Source: Fidelibacterota bacterium
GTDB lineage: Bacteria > Fidelibacterota > UBA8477 > JABMPR01
Reading direction: 5' to 3'
Assembly: GCA_021736185.1 (NCBI GenBank)
Contig: JAIPGJ010000002.1
Coordinates: 143-64,142, forward strand
Length of the DNA: 64,000 nucleotides
Positions 37,187 through 45,889 of this stretch are shown here, piece after piece. The notes under the pieces are model-generated. The model had not been told where the DNA came from, searched no databases, and saw nothing but the letters and a program-made list of their open reading frames with translations. Position 1 is the stretch's first letter; each line of letters starts with the position of its first letter. The position numbers and the translations under genes were made by a program.

Positions 37187-37288
37187 GATTAACCCTCATT
37201 CTCTTCCATAAAGATTCATTTTTATTGAGTTTTTCATTTCATCTGAATCCTGCAAAAAATAACTTTATCCATCTAATACGGGGATAAA

Positions 37289-37918
37289 ATGTTTAAAAAA
37301 TTACTGTTTCTGTCTTTTTCAGTCCTGATGCTTTTATCATGCTATCCACTGGGAACCTTTCAGGGTCCCGACGTGTTGCCCGAAGGCCAGGAAACTGTGG
37401 GCATGGGTCTGAGCTGGATGAGCAACATTATTTCACTTCAAGACTCCAGCAATGGTAACGAAACTGCCTTTCTGGCAGATGCCAGTCTGTTGTTCAGAAG
37501 GGGCTTCCCCAATAATACAGAAATAGGTATCAAATTTGTCGGTCGCCCCTGGGCCAATGGAGCGGTTTTAACTGATGTAAAATGGCTAATGATTCATGAA
37601 CCCGTAAAGGTCGCTGTAGATTTTGGGATGTCATATTGGTCCAATATCGATATCCAATCATTCCTTGGATATCATCCTGCTGTCATCGTAGGAGGTGATA
37701 AATATTTTGTTGTGGGCCAGTACAATTATGTCCGCTCAAGAATGGATGTGTTAAAAACACAAGACCTGCTGCTGGGTCGGCAATTCACCATGACGCGCAA
37801 TCAATATGTTTTTACGCCTCTCTTTGGTTTGCACCGGGATTCCTCCAGCCCGGACAACCTGTTCTTTTCACTGGGCTTCGGATTTACTGGACCCCTGGAT
37901 CAATGGGCCAAGCCTTAG
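37289..37918 (+). CDS. hypothetical lipoprotein (possible small beta-barrel)
   Basis: Signal peptide plus lipobox LLSC. Alternating hydrophobic pattern. No recognised motif. Confidence 0.5.
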   Translation: MFKKLLFLSFSVLMLLSCYPLGTFQGPDVLPEGQETVGMGLSWMSNIISLQDSSNGNETAFLADASLLFRRGFPNNTEIGIKFVGRPWANGAVLTDVKWLMIHEPVKVAVDFGMSYWSNIDIQSFLGYHPAVIVGGDKYFVVGQYNYVRSRMDVLKTQDLLLGRQFTMTRNQYVFTPLFGLHRDSSSPDNLFFSLGFGFTGPLDQWAKP

Positions 37919-37921
37919 CTT

Positions 37922-39346
37922 TTACTTCTCAAACCACAATGTTTTAACTTTAGCAAAGGCCCGTTTGCCTCCAAGGGCTCTGTGGGAAACCAGCACAAAA
38001 ACCAAATAGGCGAGGGCCACTCCAATAGCTGCCCAGAAATAGAGCGGATTGGCCTTGGTGATACTATAGGCGGGAAGATTGATCGACAAGATAAAGGGAA
38101 TCACCAGGAAGAAAGTAAAGGCCGCTGAATACATGTAATCCGTTGCCACCGGCGTTTCAAAATCAGGATCAACCACCCGCAAAAGTGCCAGACCGGTGGG
38201 CATGGTTCCGGTACAGGCACCATAAATGATCAACGCGCGGTGAAACTGATAGTCTTCAAAAATTCGTGAACTGATCCAGATGACGGTAATAAATGTGATA
38301 AAGCCACCGACAATAGAAATAACCAGGATGGGCAGCCAGTATTGGACAACCACGGTGAGCGATATGGCACCCACGGCGGCGGCTACCATGATATCAACGC
38401 TGTTGCCGGCAATGCGGGTCAGACTACCATTGTCCAGAGTATGTTCGACTTTTAGCTTAATCATGATGGTTTTCACAATCAGGGCCACCATGGCAGCAAA
38501 AACAAAACTGATACCCCAGAGGTTTACTGCCAGATCATTCCCCATATTTCCAGCAAAGGAAAGCAGGCCACCGAGACCTTTGAGCATTAAGAAGCTAAAG
38601 AGATAGACCATGAGGACCACTGCCATATTGTAACTGGCAGAATCAATGGCTTCTGATTCTGTGGTCAGCCTGGATCCGACCTGTAGTTTCTCATCACGTC
38701 CCATGACACCAGAACGAAACTGCCGATCCCTGATTTTTTTTACCTGTTCTTTACCGAGCCAGCCTCTTCTGATACCCATATTGATCAGAACGACACCACC
38801 AAAACACGCCCACATATAACCAACCGCGGCAAAAGTAAGACCCACATCCGGGGCGCCCTTAAACCCCATGCCAACCCAGCCTTCCCCGATGGCATAAGCC
38901 TGGCCTGGTCCAAGTGCAAAACCCAGGGGGAGGAAGAAACCAAAGGCGGGGTACAGCTCTTTCATGACAGTACTCATAAAGAAAAATGTCAGGAGCAGAC
39001 CAACCAGGGACTGAAGCGAGTATTGAGAAATAATTGAAACCGATGTGCCGAAAACGCTTTTATCTCCTTTACGCTTGGTATAGGCTGGTTTTCGAAGACT
39101 CATGGCAATAAAGGAAATACTCAACAGGTGGTAAACGATGGCACCCAAACCAACCTCCGTCATGCCCACCAATGGAGCCAGGAAGTTGTAGAAGGGCAGG
39201 AGGATGAAGCCGGCCGTCAGAGCATTGGGAATCAAATACTTTTGAAAAAAACTTATCCGTGCCCGAAGAAAGGTTGCCAGGAGCAACGCCATTGAAATGA
39301 CGCCGAGATCCAGAAACATATTCCATGGAAAATTCATATGGTCCAT
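37922..39346 (-). CDS. gltS: sodium/glutamate symporter family (GltS-like) transporter
   Basis: Polytopic membrane protein. The N-terminus LLLATFLRARISFFQKYLIPNALTAGFIL resembles GltS (ESS family). Confidence 0.6.
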   Translation of the reverse strand: MDHMNFPWNMFLDLGVISMALLLATFLRARISFFQKYLIPNALTAGFILLPFYNFLAPLVGMTEVGLGAIVYHLLSISFIAMSLRKPAYTKRKGDKSVFGTSVSIISQYSLQSLVGLLLTFFFMSTVMKELYPAFGFFLPLGFALGPGQAYAIGEGWVGMGFKGAPDVGLTFAAVGYMWACFGGVVLINMGIRRGWLGKEQVKKIRDRQFRSGVMGRDEKLQVGSRLTTESEAIDSASYNMAVVLMVYLFSFLMLKGLGGLLSFAGNMGNDLAVNLWGISFVFAAMVALIVKTIMIKLKVEHTLDNGSLTRIAGNSVDIMVAAAVGAISLTVVVQYWLPILVISIVGGFITFITVIWISSRIFEDYQFHRALIIYGACTGTMPTGLALLRVVDPDFETPVATDYMYSAAFTFFLVIPFILSINLPAYSITKANPLYFWAAIGVALAYLVFVLVSHRALGGKRAFAKVKTLWFEK

Positions 39347-39487
39347 CCTGTTTTTAAAACTGCTGTTGTCTAATTGGTGTCGTAAACTGGCTCCAGTTTA
39401 CTTGCATGAAACATTATTTACAACGCTAAAACTCCTCTGAGAGGAGGCTCTGTTGTGTCTCAGTTCTCCAGAGTTTAGAGGTAATAA

Positions 39488-39516
39488 CCTTACGAAGGTT
39501 TAAAACCTTCTTAAGG
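39488..39516. repeat. degenerate REP hairpin (family B; same as the RAYT-flanking REPs)
   Basis: CCTTACGAAGG-TTTAAAA-CCTTCTTAAGG, with one stem mismatch relative to the 47.3/47.9-kb copies. Confidence 0.65.
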
Positions 39517-39975
39517 TTAAGCATCGCGTAAGGTTACATGCCCTTTTGTCTTAAAAGTATAGGATGCCATGGCCAGATCAAGCCGCTCGATCCACTCAAG
39601 CTTTTTCCAGAAATCGAAGCCACTCCGGTTGTCTTTATTGATGAAAATGTGGCATTTTTCAATACCGGCAGCCTCAATTTTCCCGAGGCAGAGATAAACA
39701 AGCTCCTTACCGATCCCTTGTTTCCGGTATTCTGGTAATACCACTAAGTGATGAATAGAACCAAAGCGACCATCATGACCCCCCAATATCCCACCCACTA
39801 TCTGGTCGTGGGATTCAGCAACAAAACTTAAGCCTGGATTTCGTTCCAGGAAGGCGACAAAACCCGCTGGTGTATCTGCTTTTCTGAGTGTCAGACCTGG
39901 GGTCTGTTTCCATAGCATATAGAGAAATGAGTGATCCCCAGGGAGCATTTCACGATATTTGACACCCGCCGACAT
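39517..39975 (-). CDS. GNAT family N-acetyltransferase
   Basis: Acetyl-CoA motif VLPEYRKQGIGKELV. The start abuts the lipA stop. Confidence 0.8.
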   Translation of the reverse strand: MSAGVKYREMLPGDHSFLYMLWKQTPGLTLRKADTPAGFVAFLERNPGLSFVAESHDQIVGGILGGHDGRFGSIHHLVVLPEYRKQGIGKELVYLCLGKIEAAGIEKCHIFINKDNRSGFDFWKKLEWIERLDLAMASYTFKTKGHVTLRDA

Positions 39976-40899
39976 TTATCCGAGAATGGCCTCTCGCTTT
40001 TTAACGGGATGTAGAATTTCATTTTGCAATACTTGTTCATCGGCATGATAGGAGGAGCGCACCAGGGGTCCCGACTCAACATAACTGAATCCAATTTTCA
40101 TCCCATACGCCTTATACTCGGCAAATTCATCGGGATGAACAAAGCGATGCACAGGCTCATGCTCTTTCGTGGGTTGAAGGTATTGTCCCAGAGAAAAAAT
40201 CTGGGTCCCGGTTTTCCGCACATCATCCATGAGAGCCAAGACTTCCGCCTTGGTTTCGCCAATCCCTACCATGATGGAGGTCTTGGTCTGCAAGCCTGCC
40301 AGCACGGATTGGCTGAGCACATCCAAGGATCGCTGATACTGAGCCTGGGGTCGAATTCTGCGATGGAGTCGCTCCACCGTTTCCATATTGTGACTCATGA
40401 TCTCAGGTTGAGCATCCAGTACCGTTTTAATGCTGGCTGGATTCCCTTGAAAATCCGGTGTGAGGACTTCAATGGAACAACCTGGAACCTGAGCATGAAT
40501 TTGCCTGATGGTTTCTGCCCAAATAGCAGCCCCGCCATCATCAAGCTCATCTCTATCCACCGAAGTGATGACACAGTGATGCAGACCCATCTGTTTAACG
40601 GCCTCAGCGGTCCTTCTGGGCTCGTCCAGGTCCACAGCCGAAGGTCGGCCTGTCTTGACGGCGCAGAAGGCACAGGAGCGCGTACAGGTGTCACCCAGAA
40701 TCATGATGGTGGCGGCCCGACGCTCCCAGCATTCACTGATATTGGGACACATGGCTTCCTGACACACCGTATGAACTTTATGACTAGAGACAATGCTTTT
40801 CAGGTCTTGGAAATTTGGACCGCTGCGTAATTTTGTTTTTAGCCAGGCTGGCTTTGTAGGTTTAGACATATATAATGCTTTCTCTTTAGCTGTCGTCAT
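39976..40899 (-). CDS. lipA: lipoyl synthase
   Basis: Auxiliary cluster motif CQEAMCPNISECW and radical-SAM motif CTRSCAFC. The start may be ATG 40869. Confidence 0.95.
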   Translation of the reverse strand: MTTAKEKALYMSKPTKPAWLKTKLRSGPNFQDLKSIVSSHKVHTVCQEAMCPNISECWERRAATIMILGDTCTRSCAFCAVKTGRPSAVDLDEPRRTAEAVKQMGLHHCVITSVDRDELDDGGAAIWAETIRQIHAQVPGCSIEVLTPDFQGNPASIKTVLDAQPEIMSHNMETVERLHRRIRPQAQYQRSLDVLSQSVLAGLQTKTSIMVGIGETKAEVLALMDDVRKTGTQIFSLGQYLQPTKEHEPVHRFVHPDEFAEYKAYGMKIGFSYVESGPLVRSSYHADEQVLQNEILHPVKKREAILG

Positions 40900-40986
40900 C
40901 GCGAGTGAGATACGAACGCGGCGATCTCTCTGTTTTCCAGTATCAATATAATGAGATTGCTTCGTCGTTTCACTTCTCGCAATGAC
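40895..40986. repeat. inverted pair of family A repeat units (BIME-like)
   Basis: 40895-40928 GTCATCGCGAGTGAGATACGAACGCGGCGATCTC faces 40953-40986 GAGATTGCTTCGTCGTTTCACTTCTCGCAATGAC. Confidence 0.7.
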
Positions 40987-41016
40987 CCAGGAGGATCAAA
41001 CCTTAAGCAGAACATG

Positions 41017-42300
41017 TTATTGCAGATTTCCAGCGAGTTCCTTTGCGGGATCCACGCTTTCAAGGTTCTTCATGATTTCTTCAATAAACTGCCCGCCCAT
41101 GGCGCCATCAATGAGACGATGGTCAAAGCCCAGGGTAAAGACACACATTTGACGAATGGCTATTTCATCGCCAGTTTTCGTTTCAATCACCACCGGTTTC
41201 TTCTTAATGGCCCCGACTCCCAGGATCGCCATATTGGGCTGGTTGATGATGGGATAACCTGCCAGGTTGCTAAAAACACCAAAATTGGTAATGGAGAAGG
41301 TCGCACCTTCCAGGTCATCCAGGGTCAACTTCTTTTCCCGGGCCCGGCTCACAATATCTGAGATTGAGTCTGAGATTTCCAGTAAGGACTTTGCTTCGGC
41401 ATATCGTACTGGCGGAACCACCAGACCGTCCCCGACAGCCACGGCAATACCAATGTTCAGATGCTTATGACGGATAATTTTTGAGCCATCCAGGGAGCTG
41501 TTGATCAGGGGGAATTTCAGCAACGCATCACGAACCGCTTTGGTTATGAAATGAGTGACGGTGATGGAATGCCCGTGCTGTTTTTTAAACGCTGCATTGT
41601 TTTCGGAAATGAAGGCCATGATGGCCGTCATATCCGCTTCACTGACGGAATAGACATGGGCAGAGGTGTCAACGCTTTTTCGCATGTGTTTGGCGATACT
41701 TTTACGCATGCTGTCCATTTCAATGATTTCAACATCTTCAGCTGCGACTCGTTGGGCCAGACCGGTTTCTTCCAGCCCACGCAGGGAATGAGTCTTTTTA
41801 TTGCTGGAATCGCGGGTTTCCAGATAAAAGAGCACATCTTTTTTGGAGACACGACCACGGAATCCACTGCCGGGAATGCCTTGTAGTTCAGCCGGGCTGA
41901 TACCTTCCTGGGCCGCGATACTTCTTACCAGGGGAGAATACACCCGGTCATCACCAAATGTTGTGGGTTGTGGAGGCGCTTCGCGAAGCGCCGTCTTCAC
42001 CCCAAGGGGTTCAGCTGACCTGACAGGGGGATTGTCCTTTGGAATATGGCTCTGAATGTCATCAGAGGTTTCCACCCGGGCAATGATGGTATCTATATCA
42101 TAGGTCTGGTTGACTTTGCCGATAATCTCAATCAGGATGCCGGATACGGGACTGGGAATTTCTGCATCCACTTTATCCGTGGCAATCTCCAGGAGGGTTT
42201 CATCCTTATCGATGGTATCCCCAACGGCCTTTTTCCACTCCAGAACCGTGCCTTCAGTTAAGGATTCACCCATTTTGGGCATGACGATATCGAATATCAT
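41017..42300 (-). CDS. 2-oxoacid dehydrogenase E2 (dihydrolipoamide acyltransferase)
   Basis: Lipoyl domain EIATDKVDAEIPSP, E3-binding domain SPLVRSIAAQEGI and catalytic motif DHRLIDG. Confidence 0.9.
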   Translation of the reverse strand: MIFDIVMPKMGESLTEGTVLEWKKAVGDTIDKDETLLEIATDKVDAEIPSPVSGILIEIIGKVNQTYDIDTIIARVETSDDIQSHIPKDNPPVRSAEPLGVKTALREAPPQPTTFGDDRVYSPLVRSIAAQEGISPAELQGIPGSGFRGRVSKKDVLFYLETRDSSNKKTHSLRGLEETGLAQRVAAEDVEIIEMDSMRKSIAKHMRKSVDTSAHVYSVSEADMTAIMAFISENNAAFKKQHGHSITVTHFITKAVRDALLKFPLINSSLDGSKIIRHKHLNIGIAVAVGDGLVVPPVRYAEAKSLLEISDSISDIVSRAREKKLTLDDLEGATFSITNFGVFSNLAGYPIINQPNMAILGVGAIKKKPVVIETKTGDEIAIRQMCVFTLGFDHRLIDGAMGGQFIEEIMKNLESVDPAKELAGNLQ

Positions 42301-42337
42301 AGGGTCACCTTTTTAAACCATAATTATAGCAGAGGTC

Positions 42338-42359
42338 GGAGCGTTTCGCGAAACGCTCC
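42338..42359. repeat. 22-nt perfect palindrome GGAGCGTTTCGCGAAACGCTCC between the E1 and E2 genes
   Basis: Read directly from the sequence. No adjacent T-run on the coding (minus) strand. Confidence 0.9.
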
Positions 42360-42369
42360 AGCAATATTT

Positions 42370-44385
42370 TCAATACTCTAACAGTCTTTCTGAAGCTAGG
42401 CGGATGTCTTCGGTCTGTGGCAGGATTTCATCTTCCAGGTCCCAGTTGAAGGGGATGGGAGCATCTTTAGCTGCTACCCTCAATACGGGTCCATCCAGAT
42501 ACTCAAAATATTCTTCAGCGATAATCGCTGCTATTTCAGCACCAGGACCCGCCGTCAAGCTATCTTCATAAACGACCAGGGCCTTACTGGTCTTCTGTAA
42601 AGACTTTCCAATGGTCATTTTATCCAGAGGACTGAGTGTCCTCAGATCGATCACTTCAATGGAAACGCCTTGAGATTTTTCAAGCTGCCTGGCGGCCTCC
42701 AGGGCCTTATAAACCATTAAACCGTAGGTGATAATTGTGAGATCTCGTCCTTCGCGCACCACAGCAGCCTGACCAAAGGGAAGCAGATAATCTTCATCTG
42801 GTTCAGGACGCTTGGCAAAGCCCTGACGATACATGCCCTTGTGCTCCAGAAAGAGGACGGGGTCGTCACAGCGACAGGCATATTTAAGCAATCCTTTGGC
42901 ATCCGCCGCATTGGACGGATATACAATATGAATACCAGGTAAATGCATAAAGAAGCCCTCAATACTCTGGCTGTGGCATAAGCCGCCATGAATATAACCT
43001 CCCACGGGGGTTCGAATAACAAGGGGACATGAAAAGTGGTTGTTGCTGCGATATCGGATGGTGGCCACTTCATTACGGATTTGCATCATGGCCGTCCAGA
43101 TATAATCGCCGAACTGAATTTCAACCACCGGCTTCAAACCGGCAATGGCCGCACCAACGGCCGTACCAACGATGGAGGCTTCGGCCAAGGGTGAATTAAA
43201 GACCCGGTCTTTGCCAAACTCTGTAGAAAGTCCTTTGGTGGCAGTAAACACACCGCCTTTTCCATCGGCAACATCCTGACCATAGATAATCATTTTGTCG
43301 TTGCGGGTCATTTCCTCATGAAGGGCATGGTTGATGGCGTCCACAATAACGATTTCAGAACCAAAAGCAGGCGACGCCGAAGCTTTTACGGAAAGCGTCG
43401 TTTCGTTGACAACATGGGTGATTGCTTCAGCTCGCTCTGGGAAGGGAGCCGACATGGCTTTTTCAGCGGCTTCATCGACAGCTTGCAGAACCTCGTTCCG
43501 GATCTGCTGAAACTCATCTGGACTAATTATGCCTGAGTTCTCACATTGGGTTCTGAACTTTTCAATGGGATCCCGTTTTTGCTCTTCGGTGAGTTCATCG
43601 GCATTTCTGTATTTGCGGTGATCATCAGAAGAGGAATGGGGGAGCAGGCGTACGACGTTTGAAACCACAATAGCTGGACCGTTTCCGCTGCGAATACTGG
43701 CCATGGCCTTCTTAAATGTTTCATGGGATTCGAAAAAATCGGTCCCATCCGTTTCAAAGCGAGAGAGGTTTCCATAACCACCAACCATATCGTAGACCGA
43801 CCCCTCGGCTGTTTGGGACGACTTGGGAACCGAGATGGCGAAACCATTGTCTTCAATATGGAAAAGAACCGGTAATTTTTCACGACTGGCCCAGTTTAAG
43901 GCTTCATGAAACTCTCCCTGGCTGGTGGTTCCTTCTCCAGAAGAAACATAGACCAGGGCTTTATTTCCGGCGTGTCGAGCCGCCATGGCTGTTCCGACGG
44001 CCTGAAGAAACTGGGTGCCCGTGGGACTGGATTGGGTCACAATATTCAGATCTTTTTTGCCATAGTGCTGGGGGAGTTGGCGACCCCCTGACCCGGGGTC
44101 ATCCCTTTTTGCCAGAAACCCCAGAAAGAGGTCTTCTGTAGTCATTCCCAAGCCCATCACCATGGTTTGATCCCGGTAGTAGGGGTATGACCAATCCAGC
44201 TTGGGATTCATTTGCATGGCGCAGGCTAGCTGTGCCCCTTCATGTCCGGCAGCACCAATATGGAAAAATGATTTCCCCTGTCTCAGCAGGGTGAGCATTT
44301 TTTCATCGGTACGGCGTGAGGTTGCCATGGTTTTGAAAATGCCCACTAATTCGTTTTTGGTGAATCCTTTAAGGCTGGCTGACAC
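42370..44385 (-). CDS. 2-oxoacid dehydrogenase E1 component, fused alpha-beta subunits
   Basis: The N-terminal half has the TPP-binding E1-alpha pattern (SSGEGTTSQGEFHEALN). The C-terminal half is E1-beta (transketolase-like Pyr and C domains). Confidence 0.85.
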   Translation of the reverse strand: MSASLKGFTKNELVGIFKTMATSRRTDEKMLTLLRQGKSFFHIGAAGHEGAQLACAMQMNPKLDWSYPYYRDQTMVMGLGMTTEDLFLGFLAKRDDPGSGGRQLPQHYGKKDLNIVTQSSPTGTQFLQAVGTAMAARHAGNKALVYVSSGEGTTSQGEFHEALNWASREKLPVLFHIEDNGFAISVPKSSQTAEGSVYDMVGGYGNLSRFETDGTDFFESHETFKKAMASIRSGNGPAIVVSNVVRLLPHSSSDDHRKYRNADELTEEQKRDPIEKFRTQCENSGIISPDEFQQIRNEVLQAVDEAAEKAMSAPFPERAEAITHVVNETTLSVKASASPAFGSEIVIVDAINHALHEEMTRNDKMIIYGQDVADGKGGVFTATKGLSTEFGKDRVFNSPLAEASIVGTAVGAAIAGLKPVVEIQFGDYIWTAMMQIRNEVATIRYRSNNHFSCPLVIRTPVGGYIHGGLCHSQSIEGFFMHLPGIHIVYPSNAADAKGLLKYACRCDDPVLFLEHKGMYRQGFAKRPEPDEDYLLPFGQAAVVREGRDLTIITYGLMVYKALEAARQLEKSQGVSIEVIDLRTLSPLDKMTIGKSLQKTSKALVVYEDSLTAGPGAEIAAIIAEEYFEYLDGPVLRVAAKDAPIPFNWDLEDEILPQTEDIRLASERLLEY

Positions 44386-44400
44386 GCAAATTCTCCATAC

Positions 44401-45033
44401 TTAGTTTAACACCCTGTCATAGGCAAAGACGGTTTGGAAGGCCAGAATCAGAGGTTGTGCAACCGTTTCAACTGTGATCTCGCTTCCCAGCAACTCCTGC
44501 ATACTCACGACCCCCTTCCCTGTTATTCCGCAGGGAATCATGCCATTGAAATATGACATATCTGGTCTCACATTCAAGGCAAATCCATGCATGGTCACCC
44601 ACCGGGAAAGCCGTACGCCCATGGCACAAACTTTTTGACTACCCACCCAGACACCCGTCATTCCAGGGATGCGCTCTCCCGTGATGTCAAAATGCTGGAG
44701 GGTTTTTATAATAACCTCTTCCAGATTGCGCATAAACCAGCTCACGCTTTTCTTGTGATCTTCCAGATTGATAATGGGATATCCCACCAGTTGTCCGGGA
44801 CCGTGCCAGGTGATATCTCCACCGCGGTCGCTCTGAATAACCTGGGCATCGCGGGCATTGATGAGGTTCGATTTGTCCGCGTTTTTACCAAAGGTATATA
44901 CCGGGGGATGTTCTAGAAGAATCAGGGTGTCGGCAATCTCGCCAGCCAGTCGACGGGCATGGACCTGGCGTTGATATTCCCAGGCTTCTTCGTAGGGAAC
45001 CAAGCCTTTTTTTATGACGTGTAGATCAGACAC
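44401..45033 (-). CDS. lipB: lipoyl(octanoyl) transferase
   Basis: RGGDITWHGPGQLVGYP and the catalytic-region pattern KVCAMGVR..WVTMHGFALN. Confidence 0.9.
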   Translation of the reverse strand: MSDLHVIKKGLVPYEEAWEYQRQVHARRLAGEIADTLILLEHPPVYTFGKNADKSNLINARDAQVIQSDRGGDITWHGPGQLVGYPIINLEDHKKSVSWFMRNLEEVIIKTLQHFDITGERIPGMTGVWVGSQKVCAMGVRLSRWVTMHGFALNVRPDMSYFNGMIPCGITGKGVVSMQELLGSEITVETVAQPLILAFQTVFAYDRVLN

Positions 45034-45072
45034 AGGAGGGGTTTCTCAATTCTTTTATATTGCTAGATATGT

Positions 45073-45100
45073 GTCGTCCCTCGACTCCGCTCGGGATGAC
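45073..45100. repeat. intergenic hairpin repeat (family C): GTCGTCCCTCGACTCCGCTCGGGATGAC
   Basis: Related in terminus (..GGGATGAC) and layout to family A. Paired with 45158-45183. Confidence 0.5.
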
Positions 45101-45157
45101 GAACTCAGGTTGATGCCAATTCCAAGAGTGGCTTGTGATACTCCAAAAAACGGGACT

Positions 45158-45183
45158 GTCACCTCGAGCGAAGTCGAGAAATC
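45158..45183. repeat. intergenic hairpin repeat (family C, opposite orientation): GTCACCTCGAGCGAAGTCGAGAAATC
   Basis: Contains the internal palindrome CTCGA-GCGAAG-TCGAG. It faces the 45073 copy. Confidence 0.5.
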
Positions 45184-45212
45184 TTGACCTCCACATTTGA
45201 TTCTTGCCTGAA

Positions 45213-45680
45213 TCAAAATAACACCGCTAATTTTTCACAAATAGCTTCCAGCAACTCGGTGTCCTGATCTGTAAATGGGGAGATTGCATGGGAGTCTATA
45301 TCCAGCTCAGCCACAAATTTACCTGCTTTCATGATGGGAAAAACCACCTCTGACTGGACATTTGAGCTACAGGATAAATAATTATTCTCCAGGGAGACAT
45401 CCTGGATGATGCGACTCATTTCGAAGACTGCAACCTGGCCGCAAACGCCTTTACCAAAGGCAATCTTAACATGATCTGTGGCGGCACCCACATAGGGACC
45501 AAGAATTAGATTCTTGCCCGACTCATCAACGATATAAAATCCCACCCAGTTATAGTGGTCAATACTGCTGGAAAGGAGTTCAGCAATTTTCTGCAATACT
45601 TCATCCCTGGTTTTCAGGCTGGATAGGACTGTGTCCACAGATTTGAGAAGCGTTGGTATGTTGGGAAATGCCAGGTTCAT
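45213..45680 (-). CDS. msrC: GAF-domain free methionine-(R)-sulfoxide reductase-like protein (YebR/MsrC family)
   Basis: NWVGFYIVDE...LILGPYVG......I.FGKGVCGQ...SCSSNVQSEVVFPI...ELDIDS...FTDQD is collinear with E. coli YebR as I recall it. Confidence 0.7.
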   Translation of the reverse strand: MNLAFPNIPTLLKSVDTVLSSLKTRDEVLQKIAELLSSSIDHYNWVGFYIVDESGKNLILGPYVGAATDHVKIAFGKGVCGQVAVFEMSRIIQDVSLENNYLSCSSNVQSEVVFPIMKAGKFVAELDIDSHAISPFTDQDTELLEAICEKLAVLF

Positions 45681-45889
45681 GAAAAGCCTCTTTTTTCAGC
45701 ACTCATTCTAATTGATTTGATGTCTCATACCAAGGAGCTTCACCAACCAACTGCCTTGTGCTATATTTTATAATATCAACTATCCCAATATTATGGGAAG
45801 CGACCGTAGCGCCTTTGTCATAGAGAAGCTGTTGCTGTTCATCAATATTTTGAATCTTTCCCGTTTTTTTGGGATAGGTCTTGTCGCCT

